Shown: one piece after another, positions 38,720 through 51,538 of the stretch | Position numbering within the stretch: position 1 is the first letter of the stretch | Layout: every line of letters starts with the position of its first letter | DNA from: Epiperipatus broadwayi | Lineage: Eukaryota; Animalia; Onychophora | Direction: 5' to 3' | NCBI GenBank assembly: GCA_028023455.1 | Contig: JAQFVV010000006.1 | Location: 17,546,001-17,610,000 of the forward strand | DNA: 64,000 bases | Made by a program: the position numbers and the translations under genes | Notes under the pieces: generated by a model | What the model was told of the DNA's origin: nothing | Seen by the model: the letters and a program-made list of their open reading frames with translations, nothing else | Databases searched by the model: none

Positions 38720-39879
38720 CTTTAGCATTAATGCTATTAATAAGATACTTTGAAAAATAAATCTGCCATCACTAAAAATATCTCAAAAAACTCCTCTGTT
38801 TTCCATATCATTATATAATTAAACATAAATAAATATCTTTGCACTCTTCCAGCCAATATTTAATAAGTTATAATGAAAACATAACATTTTATTACTTAAA
38901 TTCCTTACCATAATCATGAAATATTTATGTTTTATATATATATTGCCTGATGTATAGTAACGAAGGGTTTGATGAGATCACATAAGAGAGAAAGATATAC
39001 AAAATTTTCTTATGGATAACCTCAATCATCTAATCAAATCTAATTTTCTCCGAAGTAAAATAAATAAATATTAAAATGTTCATATCTCGTTAGTACCAAC
39101 TTCTCTAATTATTGTTAAAACAAATAGCCAAATGAAATTAGACATTAGGACAAATGAATCCTTCCATATGCTATTTTTCATAAATTTAAAGTTTCCCCTG
39201 TAGAATATATTTAACATTAATGCAAATAAATGTAGAAAAAAAAAATATTACCTTTTTTTTTAATGACCCCCCCCCCCCAAAAAAAAAAAAAGAAAGCTAC
39301 AAAAAGACAAAACACCACTGCTTGTTTGGTTATTTTGGTATTGATATAAATATTGACAAATATCTATCAATATTTTAATATTTCTGATTACTTTAAATTT
39401 TTCTATATGTAATATATATAGAGGGTGTGTAGTTTAAATTGTTGACATTATTTACCATTAATTAGTTAAATGTATGTTAATATTGCTAATAAATTGTATT
39501 TATATCTTTTAGATGTGCGTGTAGTATGCTTATTGAATAGTTTCGAAATGTAATGGGATTCAAATCCAGGCTGGATGAAATGATGATTTTTTTTTTTTCA
39601 AATTACAAGCAAATGAACTTTTTTTTTTTAGTTGTCTTGATAATCTAATGATTGGCAGTAAATGGGTAATTTTTTTAGTTATCAGGTAGTATAGAGAATA
39701 TCCTTAAGTCATCATCATTTGGCACTGTTCTCTCTTTCACTACTATCTTTTGGATGACTGTTGGAAAGACCTTTGTTTTGCAATCGATTATCTACAGGCT
39801 AATATGATTCACTGTATAGATATATTTTACATTTTAAATATATTCTCTTCTCTTAACTGAAATTAATTTAACAGTTATG

Positions 39880-39880
<1 letters not shown>

Positions 39881-39933
<53 letters not shown>
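39881..39933. repeat. (TTA)n microsatellite
   Basis: About 17 uninterrupted TTA units. Confidence 0.95.
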
Positions 39934-39936
<3 letters not shown>

Positions 39937-40711
39937 AATAATATAATGTAAATTTTCTGAAGTAAATTATATAAAATCATTCAAAGATTTGTAATAACTT
40001 TTACAATTTCCTAATACCTGGACCATGGTGTACTGGAAGGGTAAGAATTAGGATATTTAGAGTGCATGAAAAAATTGATTAATGATTGGAGGGGGGGTAT
40101 GTCAGTTAATTAATGTTAGTTCTAGAAGGAACTTCATTCAAGGAAATATATATCTACAGATCTTTCAGTTTAAAGGAAGGAATATATATAGATATTTCAA
40201 TTTAAAAGAAGAAAAAAAAGCTATACAAAACTATAGCATTATACTATTATTAAGAACATTTACAATGCAATAGAAAACAAGAAAATACATCTTACTAGAG
40301 CTTAGAGCACTGATGGACAAGGGGCTGCAAAAATGTTTGATGGGGTGATTTTTTTCTCTCTCTCTGTTTTATGGTCTCTAATTTGTTTTTAAAAGTATTA
40401 AAATTTCTTGAATTACTATTGTAAAGATAATTGCACCATAACGCATATAATATAAATGTTGTACTTCTTATTTCTGCTAAGCAGGCATTTGAAAAAAATT
40501 CTATAATTGAACTTACAGTGACATTATTTTTCTGATATTTTTATGTAATATAAAATCGTGTGTATTGTAAACTACTACACTCAAAGAATTAATTAATGTT
40601 ACATATTCTTTTTAATGTAAATATATCTACACTGTGATCACCTTATTATTCCATTGGTTTTTAATCACAATATTCAAGTATTTATTTATAGTTACAACAT
40701 ATATATATCAT

Positions 40712-40888
40712 ACAAAATATACGTACAATCAACCTTAGTGGAGATAAATTCTATATTGTGTAATTAGCAAAGTCTGCCTAGCATGCTTTCGACTACCTCA
40801 TCATAATAGTCATAATCAATCATGCTAGGCAGACTTTGCTAATTATACAATATGAACTTATCTCCAATATGGTTGTGGTATATTTTGT
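40712..40888. mobile_element. Fold-back element with a family C hammerhead in the loop (minus strand)
   Basis: Arms 40712-40785 and 40821-40888. Minus strand TTGATTA-T-GACTAT TATGATGAG GTAGTC-GAAAGCATGCTA. Confidence 0.8.
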
Positions 40889-41171
40889 TACATTTTCCTA
40901 AATATAAAGCTCACTAAATCCTTGAAATTTTATAATCTGTATATATATATTTGATACAATAGTAAATATATTGTTAATCACAAACATTTTTCGAATGTAA
41001 AAAATATATTCTACAGAAATCGACTGCCAACATAAGTAAACAAGTTTTTTTAAAAAAAAGGATAGCACTGATATAAATAATTAGAAAAATAAAATCTATT
41101 TGGCATTTTAAAATTATATATAAATGGGCTAGACTTTAAAAATAAGGAACATGTTGTAGTTTGTGATGTTC

Positions 41172-41266
41172 TTTTTTTTTCCTATGTCAAATGCGTTGAC
41201 CGGGAAGCAAACTCAGGCCAGCTGCTTGGAAGGTAGCTATGCTAACCACTAGGCCACCAACGCTTG
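41172..41266 (-). mobile_element. tRNA-derived SINE
   Basis: Poly(T)-CCTATGTCAAATGCGTTGACCGGGAAGCAAACTC...CCACCAACGCTTG; the head is related to that of 12809. Confidence 0.8.
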
Positions 41267-41804
41267 GCATGTTTTGTTTTTTTAATGTAAAATGAGATAT
41301 TGACAAATAAAATATCTTTGGAGAATAAGCTTGAGTAATATTTTTTTTTTTTAAATAAAAAACAACAACCCAAAGCTGTATTTATGGTATATTTGATTTC
41401 TTAAAAAAGATCTGGATTTGATTTAACGGGGGGGGGGGGGGACAAGTCCAACAAAATTATCTCTACATTCTTGGTAGTGTTGTGGTGTTTATAAGTAATG
41501 TACAACATTAAAATTTCATAAGTACCCTAACAAAAAATATTTATTCTTTATCATTATTAAAATATTACTTCGTTTACTTATTTTTCCCGTCTTTTTTTCA
41601 TTACCCAATTGGGAGAATTCTGAATCGCGATTTTGAATTTGCGACTCATTCCCTATTCTAAATTACGCACTGAAACATAATATAGTATTTTTTTAAGGCT
41701 AAATATTAGTTTGATTATAACTGATATTTTTATTATGACTTAATCTATAAGTGAACAATTCTTGTACAATCTGGAATGATGATTTCCCCCTTTTTCAATA
41801 AATA

Positions 41805-42000
41805 TGCCACTGTTATTGATCTGGGCTAATTAATTGATGAAGCTAATTCATATATCTTTGGGATCAGTAGTCTTTTTCTGATATCTTCAGTCATTTGTTT
41901 AAAGGAGAATGATATTGAGCAGAGCATTTACAAATATACCAGTATATATATTTTTAACTAATACGTGAGACCGTTAGTAGAATACATCTTAGTTTGGTCA
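41805..42000 (+). mobile_element. CR1/L2-like RT fragment
   Basis: DLGL..DE and YVRPLVEY..LVW-like segments. Confidence 0.55.
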
Positions 42001-43636
42001 ATTGAATTATTATGTTAATTTTGTTAGCGAATGAATATCAGTTGCTTAAATCAACTGACCTTATAATTTATATATGTATTTAATTACTATAAATCTTGCA
42101 TTATAGACAAATATTTATTTAAATTTTCTGGATTATCTTAAACTTTATGGTTCCGCCTTTAGTTAAATCATCTATTACTGAGTGGCAATTTGCCATTAAA
42201 GAAATTATGCTGTTTGTTATTAATCAACATAATGTACAGATTGCAGTTACATTCCAGTAATAGTAATCTGGAAAATTTTAACAAAATAGTCTGTATGAAT
42301 ATTTAATTATTTTATTTTTGAGCGATATCAAAACAGAAACTACTAATTAAATTTATTATTCGGTTTTGTATATATAATTTTTTTTTTTTCCAATTTGTTT
42401 TGATGTCATTGAAATTTCATAAAGAAAGAAATGAATTCCAATAATATAGGAATTTTATTGTGCAATGTATTCTTTAACTTAGAAATACTTTCAAATAAAA
42501 CATTTAAATCATATCTTGTGAGTTTAGTAAGTAGAGTATACATGAAAAGAACACCAGTTTATTTTATTTAATTGATATTTCACATTTACACTACCAACTA
42601 AACTTGTTTAGCTGCTTTAATTTAAAAGAAATTTTAATTAAAATGAAAAAAAACTAAGTCATATAAATCTTTATGATAAAAAAAAAAAAAGGGACACTAA
42701 AATCTGCGTGAAAGTATAGGATATGATATATTTATGACATTCTATTTACACATATTTATGGATTCTTTATATAAGTTATATATATAATTAGGATTGTAAC
42801 TTAGAATGATGATGAAAAGGCAGATATATAGAGAGAACACACTTATTGACTCATCAATTAATATAAGCAATATGGGTATATTTTGTATGTGTTTATATAT
42901 ATTGGGTCTGAATTATTTTGGCAAGAGGATGATGAAGATATGAAAAAGATTATAGATATCTCTTCAGGGATTTTTTTTTTTTTTAACTTCCTGCTCATGT
43001 CAAAAGTGACAGTTTATCTGTTATTAATTCCTTTTCAATGTTTGTATATTCGCAAATTTCAGTCAAAAGGAAATGTATTAAGCTGCTCAAGTAATAATCT
43101 GCTCACAATTATCCAATTCATCACCAATTAAGATGATTCAAAGATATATTATATACCAATTTCCTTTCCCTAAATGACTGAAGCAAAATATTAAGATCTT
43201 GCCCTACTAATTTAAAAAGTTTTTATATACCGCATAGTATATTGGAAGATGTTGTTTAAAAAAAAAAACTTTTCTTTATCTACTTGTGTTTAGTCTGAAA
43301 GCAGCTTAACAGAATTTTTGATTTTTTTTTATTATCACAGATTAATTAATTAATAATACTTGATGATCATTATATGTAATTTGTTTTTGCTTCCTATTCT
43401 GTAACATAATTTTAGGTTATTGATTAAAGGATTATCACTCTGATGCTCGAAAATCACTTGACCTTTAGAACAATTGACCATTATATTTTTTGATTAAAGA
43501 GTTTATATTTAAATGGGGGAGGGGAGGTCGCGCGTAAATACGCGCACATATATATATATCATTTCATTTGATTTTATATGCATGGCTTAATTATTATTTT
43601 TTTTAATAGGTTTTCAAAATCGTGAGTATTTTATAC

Positions 43637-43750
43637 TTTTTTTTTCTCATATGTCATAGCATCGGCCGGGACGCGAACCCACAACCGTCTGCAACCAACT
43701 ACTTGCTTGCAAGGCCGATGCGATGACCTCTCTGCCAACAATGCTTGACT
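43637..43750 (-). mobile_element. tRNA-derived SINE with TSD
   Basis: Near-identical to 26934-27039; TSD AGTATTTTATA at 43625-43635 and 43751-43761. Confidence 0.9.
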
Positions 43751-44194
43751 AGTATTTTATATTTTTAGTGATTGTTTTTTTTTTTTTGTAACAAGTCATT
43801 TTTTTAATGGAAGAATTCATTTATCGCTTTGTCTAATTTACTTATTTGTTAATAATTCTAACTAGATGTGAAAATTTTACTATTTATTTATTTCAGAGAA
43901 AATTAGAGTAGATTAGATGATTGAGGTTATTCATAAGAAAGTTTTGTGTATCTTTCTCTCTTAAGAGATCTCATTAAATTATTCGTTATTATTTACCTGG
44001 CAGTATATTTAAAACATAAATATTTCATGGTTATGAAAAGGAATTTAATTAATTAAATGTTGGCTGGAAGAGTAAAAAGATATTTATTTACATTTCATTA
44101 TATAATGATATAGGAAGTAGATAAGATTTTTTTTTTAGGTATTTTAATAATTATTTTTTAATATAGCTGATAACATCACATGGTGGACGATTCT

Positions 44195-44329
44195 GGTCTG
44201 ATGGTCCAGCACGGTGTTTCATGGTGAGCCAAGATAGCATCCATTGTGGACAACACAATGAGAATTGAGATGGAACGAGTCGGGCATTAATACCCACATA
44301 AAGTTATTTCATAGGAATAACTGGCAAAT
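44195..44329 (+). repeat. Dispersed repeat homologous to 38585-38719
   Basis: Partner copy of 38585-38719, in the opposite orientation. Confidence 0.8.
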
Positions 44330-44959
44330 AGCCTTAATATAATTTAAAGATATGCAGAGAAGGATTCTTGCTAACTGTGATACATTTAATTCTTAAATTG
44401 TAAGGTTTGAAAATGCTAGCTAAAGTTAAAGTGTTCAAGTGAGCTTCAGAGAAAAATGGGATGTAGAGTTCTAATTATATTATTATGTCTAAAAGTTACC
44501 AGTGAATATTACGAAAAGTTGTATTATTTTTAATCAGAGCTTTGATGGGCTTCCTAATTGTAAGAATATTCATTGTGAAAGAATCATTTTACAGAATTGA
44601 TAATGATCTCATAATTCTCTAAGTTTCTTTGATTGAATTTTTTTTAATTCAAAGAAGTTATTGCATTGGTTTATTAAGTAAATGGCACTCCCTTTTTTAA
44701 GAGATTTCCTATAAAGAAATGGTATGGAAACTAAAGAATATCTGACTGAATCATTGGGAAAGTAGAGTGGGCTTGGGATCTAATTCTACTCTGAGAAGAT
44801 ATCAGAAAGTAATTTGTTTATATTAAAACTTTAGTCATATTATTCTATCAGGCATTTAGTTCATTAACAGTTTTCACAATTAATATTTAAATACAAGTAT
44901 ATTGTTTACACTGAACTTATTGTAACTAAAAGGAATTTGAACTCAGATTTTCAATGCTA

Positions 44960-45170
44960 AGGATGGCTGAAGAGTTGGAGAGTGAAGATTGAAGCTTGCT
45001 TATTAAATATTTGATATCTTAATATAAGGACTGATTATATATATATATATGGGAGGTGATGATCTGGACCAACTGATGAGTGATGGTTCAGCACAAAATA
45101 CGTATATTGGACTCTTTTTTTTTTTTTCACATATGGTCATGCTTATCAGTTGTATAAGATGGAATGAATG
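44960..45170 (+). mobile_element. Family B PLE 3' fragment, copy 3, with hammerhead
   Basis: ACCAA-CTGATGA(45073-45079)-GTGATG GTT CAGCAC-AAAA-TACGTA-TA-TTGGA; palindromic stem III ATACGTAT. Confidence 0.8.
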
Positions 45171-46699
45171 GCTATAAGGAGTTTAAGTTTTCACAATTAT
45201 AAATAAAGAAAAAAAATTATTTGGGGTAAAGCTAATCATATTATGGACCTATATACATGTAGTAAAAAAAAATAATTCCACAAGTGGAGGCAAAAACAAT
45301 GATCCGGTAAAGATTAGACAAACTGCTTGTCTGTTTCTGTGTAGTAGATCAAGCCAAGAGGAAATTTGTGTGACAAATTCTATCGCTTGAATAATGGTAG
45401 GCTTATTGATCAAATTACTTCACTGCTTTTTACATTAATAAAGGAAAGGAAAAACTGAAGAAGCTGTATTTATAAAATATTTGGCATAGAAGCATAAATT
45501 GATATAATATAGAGAACATGAAATTAAGGAAACAAGCTGTTGTTGTTTGACTCACAGTAATTGACTTAAAGATATAAATTAATAACTCTTTGAAAAGCAG
45601 GAACTTAATTCATTTCTGTAAGACAGTTGTTTGTTATAAAATTTTATCATTTGAATTTTAGTTGAATGAATTTGGTTTCAATTAGGACCATATTATAAAA
45701 TAGGTATTGGTTATAAAAATTTAAATATTCTTGGACTTTATTCCATAAAAAACAGTTATTTTAATAATAGAAAATTTTATACCTTGAATTAGAGATTATT
45801 AGTGTTATTGAAAATATTACATTTTAAAAATTCATCCCAAATTTAATTGATTTTGGTTTCAATATATTCTTTATCTTCTTTCTAAACAGAATTTTCTTCC
45901 TGAGAGAATTTGTTCTTTTTTTCTAAGTAAATATTTAATTTTTAGTGAATTTAAGTCCATTTCTTTACGATGTAGAACATTTCAATTGTCAAGAATGAGA
46001 CTTGTTACATTGCTATATTTTTGTTGATTAATTATAGTGTAAAACTCTAGTATTGTTGTCAGCCAAGATATATTATAAACCTCTGTCAAATTTGTCTTGG
46101 TTAACAACTTGTAACCAATATGGTATTATTCAATGATGATGCAGGTGCCATAGTTTGTCAAACTGCTTCACGAGTATTTCTTTATTTACATGACTCTTTA
46201 GTCAGGTATCCTTGTCTAAAACATTCCTCTAATGTAAAGATTAGTCAGGGATTGAATTTCATCATTTAATTACACCTATTTGTCTTGATGAAAAGGTTTT
46301 AGAGTTTCAAACAAAAGTAATATTTTTAAAGCTTCAGAATTTGAGTCTGATATCACGGCCTTTAATTATTGAATTAGGATTTTTGAAGGCATTATATGAT
46401 TTCTTTTATTCCAAGATAGGATCTTATTTCTGTTGTTAGTTAGATTTTATTTCATTTCAACAAAAATTTTATTAACAATAAATAGTGATTACATACTAAT
46501 AAAGGATAGATAAATGAATAAATTGTACAATAATATGATTGTGTAATGTTCTATTTGTTATCTGGCTAGATTTTGTTATGAGAGTACATTTGTTATACTC
46601 TTATGTGGTTAGGTATAGTGATGAGATTCTAATAACTTGATTAATGGAATAAGCATTTTTAATATAAACATGAATATTTTCTTTTAGAATTTCCTATTC

Positions 46700-47250
46700 T
46701 ATAATGCTGGGTAGGTGGGAGTTGATAATCAGGAAAAGGAAAGTGCAGTTAAAGACCAGGTGTCATCAAAGACTTTACTGGAGGCCAGGAGCTGGTCACG
46801 TTTCTTGATTTTTTTGAGTGTTTGATAAAATAATGGAATGATTTGTGGCGGGGGTAATTCCATGAGAGTTTTGCATCTCACTATCCATATGGAATATAGG
46901 ACAAAGGTAGAAAGCCTTATTATTGAAAAAAACCCATTATGAATGGCATTTTCAAATGAGAAAATCATATCAGGTCTTATGTTGGAATTGATTATAATTA
47001 TATCTTTCAGTGTTTTAAGTCTTGGGCACCGGTGTATAATATGGTCTATGGTTTCATCTTCACGAGCACACAGACCACATATAGGGTCAATGCTGGCAAA
47101 ACCTCTTCGGTGATAAAGGAACCAATTCGTGGGAAGCGCATTGAGATTTATTTTAATGATGAAGTCAAGGAATTTGGGTTCCAGACTCCATCTTTTAAAG
47201 TGTGAAATGAGTCTTTGGTTGGTTACTTTTAGGCTGGTTTTTATGGGTTG
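46700..47250 (-). mobile_element. L1/Tx1-clade LINE ORF2 C-terminal zinc-finger region
   Basis: Minus frame NALPTNWFLYHRRGFASIDPICGLCAREDETIDHIIHRCP (zf-RVT-type pattern), continuing into ORF 46729-46968. Confidence 0.85.
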
Positions 47251-47989
47251 TTGATTATAGTTGATTATATTGTATGATTCCCATAAGGTGATTTTTTAGT
47301 TAGATTTTAGTTGCAATGAAACAACTATTATTGTAACTTTATCATAAGTATGAAATTCTTCTGCATAGCATTGTTATCAAACAGGATCTCTTGTGGTGAT
47401 TGTAGGTGTCTCTAGGGTTCTAGTGTAGTTTCTTTTAATAATTGTATATAAAGTTTTCAAGTTGACTTTGTTTTTGTTTAAAAAAAGTCTGTATTGAAAG
47501 ATAGGTAATTCTTTCAGCAATTGTTAAACTGTAAATGTTTTGATCAGTAATTCTGTATTAATGGAATTACATAAAAGCTAGAAGTGGCATCTGAATGATA
47601 GAAGCCCTATTGCATGACCATTGACGGTGTTATGATTACTTTTGAATTAAGTTGCCAATTATTTTTATTTATAAAATTATAATAATTGGCATTGCAGTAC
47701 CATCCCATGACATTAGAAATATTCACTATTGGTCCATTATGGGCATTTGGATAAATACTTTATAAATGATGTTATGAAATGTTTTTTATTTTAATAGAAA
47801 TAAAAAAATTTTGAAAATCATAAGCAATTTTAAGTTGGTCGATGGACAATACAGGACATAATCTATTTTTAATACAATTCTTTCACATCTAAAAATCATT
47901 ATTTATTAAAAGCCATTTTGATTGTTAAAAATCACTCCATTGGCTTGAGCTATTTAACATGGTAATAAAATTATAATAAATAATTTAAA

Positions 47990-48245
47990 AAATCATATAC
48001 ATAAAAAGACTTTGCAATATGATTTACTACGGCCATATAGGAAAACAGAGATAAGAGCCAAAGAACACAACAGTGCAATTAATAGATTAGATGATAAATC
48101 TGCTTTATACATCCATTACTTAACATTATGGACATAAAATAGATGCTACAAACAATATTACACCTTTAAATTACATTAACGATCCAAAAGGAAGACCAAT
48201 ATATGAAACATGTTACATTAACCATAACTTAAATAATCATATCAA
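47990..48245 (+). mobile_element. PLE GIY-YIG endonuclease fragment (third family)
   Basis: YYGHIGK / EIRAKEHNSAINRLDDKSALYIH / YGHKID...GRPIYETCYIN across frameshifts. Confidence 0.75.
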
Positions 48246-49483
48246 TATTTACACAACTTCATTGAATTTAGTTAACAACTATTCAATTAAAAATGAGTGG
48301 AATTTATTTAAAATAGTATGTATAAAGTTGTGCAATGTATGTATTATTTATACTGTATATCATCAATTCCTTGAAGCTATATTTTGCAATACTGGATCTT
48401 AAATGAAGGTTTTATTTTGTTTTATTTATTGTTGTTATTTTACTTCTGTTGTAGAACACTAGATGGTGTTGTATCTGCAATAATTGATTCATGTTAAAAT
48501 AAATGCTTCACATTTGAAAAGAAGAGGGCTTGAAATTATGCTGAAAAGGCTTTTTATGTATAATTATTATTAATATATATTTATATAGCTGTTATATATG
48601 TTTTGTTTTTATTTATTGTCATTTATATGAAAGAACAGCATAATGAATTTAATTAACTAATATCAAGTTTTTATAGTAATAGAATGATAGATTCCAGATG
48701 TGGAGTAGTCTGGAGTCATATATTCTCACCTTACTAAAGTAAAAAAAAAAAAACCCTAGTGGTCAGTTGAGTAGAACTGTTGCATTCAATCTACCCTGTA
48801 GGTGCTTATATCACATGACCTTCCACACAACTTGTCTTTCAATTGTAGATTTTTATTCGTTTATGCCATTTTTTAATATTTGAAAGATTATTTTCACATT
48901 AATGCTGATGAAAATTGTTTTTAAAATCATGATAATCATAATCAGTATTAACTTGGATTCTGTTACTTCTTTCTTTCAGTTATTTTGTATACATGTGTTT
49001 AAGCCTGAATGTGAATTTAATCATAATCATAAAAGAGAAAAAAAAAAATCAATCTTTTTTTTATTATTATTATTGTGTGCAACTCTTTTTTTTTTTTAAT
49101 ATAAAAGTTTTGCTAAATTTAAAATTAAAGAAAGTCTGAACATGAGAGATAAGTAATATTTGAAAGATATTTAAAAACACAAAAACTTATAAAAAATTAA
49201 TGAAATAAAAGCTTTTTATATTCCATTGACAACTGTCTGAATGGCTGCTAGATAGATTTTTTTTTTTTTAAAGTTCAATGTTGGTAAAAATATAAATAAA
49301 TATGTACATTAAAAGTGTTTAAAAAGAAATAAATGAGTGAAATGTTAACATTTGTGAAATATTGGTTACAGGCATGCAAATTTAATATAACCACAAATAT
49401 TTCCAATGAGGAGATAATCGCTTTGACTTCAGTTTTATCACTGGATGTATATATTTCATTATTATTAACTATGCAATTCATAA

Positions 49484-49592
49484 TTTTTTTTTTTCCTCAT
49501 GTGTCATAGCATCAGCCGGGAAGGGAACTCGCTAACCCGGGATGACTGCTTGTAAAGCAGCTGCCGCTGACCTCTCGACCACCAATGCTTGA
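49484..49592 (-). mobile_element. tRNA-derived SINE
   Basis: Poly(T)-CCTCATGTGTCATAGCATCAGCCGGGAAGGGAACTCGC...; same subfamily as 12809. TSD unclear. Confidence 0.85.
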
Positions 49593-50757
49593 TGAGATTC
49601 AACTGCATATAGGTCATAGTCTTTTAAATTCCATTTTGAAGGAAATATATGCAGCAACCATGAGTGATCCTGAATTTTAATGAAACTCCAGTAACATCCA
49701 GAAAGATAAAATACCACTGTTTTTACTATTGGATCTGAAGATTTTTTGGAAATTTTTACAAGAAGTACAGTTTTAAGACATAATTTTTTAAGTGTTTGAA
49801 GGTTAGTTGAGTATCCAAAAGATAATCTTTATTTTGGGCATGCTTTAGATGGTGAAACATTGAGTTAGTGTTAAGATTGGTTTATTTCATTTACTTTCTC
49901 TTTTAGACTTTTTTAAATATCTGATTGGGGGGGGGGGTATGTTAAATAGCAGGAAATGGATACATTAGAGAACATACTAGTAATAATTCCATGCTAATAA
50001 TTAATGTCATGTTTAGAAGTTTAATTTGAGCCTTTTTTTCCATCAAGTGGAGGCATACTATACATCAGCAGAGTATATTAGTTTTAAGACTATTTGCTTC
50101 ACAACATTATGTAGTTCTGGATAGCTTTTCAAAATGATTGGCACTTGAAATTATTTTAGATCTAATCTGTTTTAGAGGAGGAAAATACATTAAGAAATTT
50201 TAAAATTACTTCTAAGAATGAGGTGCAGATAAGTTTCACTTTACTAAGATGTTTTCCAGTTCAGGTTAACAAAAATTAAATATATTGTACTTGCAGAATT
50301 AGAACTAAAACTCCAGTCTTTGAAAAAGATTTATTCTAATCATTTCATATTCTTATTAAGAGAAGAATTTGTCAAATCTCTAAAAAGTATCTTTTTTGTG
50401 AAGTCAAGGTATTGACATTGGCATAGGCAAATTTCCTGTACACTAATTTTGAAAATTATTGATGCTTGTACTACTTAAAGTAAGTGACCGAATTGAATTG
50501 AATTGTGAAAGGGGTTATTTTCTAAAATTTTGTATTATCCATCAACTTTGATTGTCATTTGATATCACTCAAATTTTATTGGAGAGGATTTTCTCAAATA
50601 ATGATTTTCCAGAATTTAGGAATCTTAGAGATTTTTAGGAAATTGTCTCGAAACATCTTATAAGCGAAGGTTAAGAGAGTTTTTAGTGTATTTTGAATGC
50701 ATTTTTCAATGTCAACTATCAAAGATAAAATTTGTTCACAGCAGCTTTGTCTTTAGC

Positions 50758-51095
50758 TTAAAACAGGCAAAACTCTCCATACAGTGGTGCCACTCAGTGC
50801 AAGCCAGAGTAATCAATGGATACCAGGGGCTTGTGCATAAAATCCCTATCTAGTGCCTATTCATCCAATATCCCCAGACTAGTTTCTAGCTTGTGGCTTT
50901 TGTCAGTGAGAAGCCTTGGATCTGAGAGCACTGCACCTACATCTTAGGATATTAGGGATTTTATGCACAAGCCTTCTGGCATCCATTGATTACTCTGACT
51001 TGCACTGAGTAGCACTACTGTATGGAGAGTTTAGCCTGTTTTAATAACAGTTATGAGCAAGCATAAGAAATGATGATCATGTGATGTTTAGTGGG
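50758..51095. mobile_element. Family A fold-back element with central hammerhead (minus strand)
   Basis: Arms 50758-50848 and 50953-51044. Minus strand TTCTCA-CTGACAA-AAGC CACAA GCTA-GAAAC-TA-GTC-TGGGGA (50912 to 50871). Confidence 0.85.
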
Positions 51096-51224
51096 TTTTT
51101 TTTGTCTTTATCCTTAAAAGTAGTCTCCTTTATTGTATTCCTCTTTGCTTGGGTTTTTTTTATTATTTTTCCTTGATGTTGTTTGTAGAATTTTATAATT
51201 TGAATTTTAATATTCACATAAATG

Positions 51225-51538
51225 TTCTGGACATTAGTGCAGAAAGGTAGTCTATATAATTTAAACTTAGCTTTTATAAATGGTTAGCATGCTTTTGATA
51301 TTTAACACATCATAATCAAAATCTCACTTCTTTAGTGTTCCAAGCTTTTGTGTATACTTGATAATTATTTTAATATTTAAAAACATTCAAATTTATCTGT
51401 TTAATATTCAAAGATATGTAAATCTCTTCAAAGAACTCGCAGCACTGAAGAAGTGAGATTGCTATGATTATTATATATCGAAAGCATGCTAGCATTAACA
51501 AAAGCTAAGCACTATCTTTTCTGTATAAATGTCCAGAA
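51225..51538. mobile_element. Head-to-head inverted pair of family C hammerhead units
   Basis: Arms 51225-51340 and 51441-51538. Plus CTGAAGA(51445-51451)...GAAAGCATGCTA(51480-51491); minus CTAAAGA...AAAAGCATGCTA. Confidence 0.75.

Noticed and set aside
48505-48545. TTGAAAA-GAAGAGGGCTT-GAAA after the PLE endonuclease at 48 kb
   Set aside because: The position is suggestive, but there are too many core mismatches to support a call.
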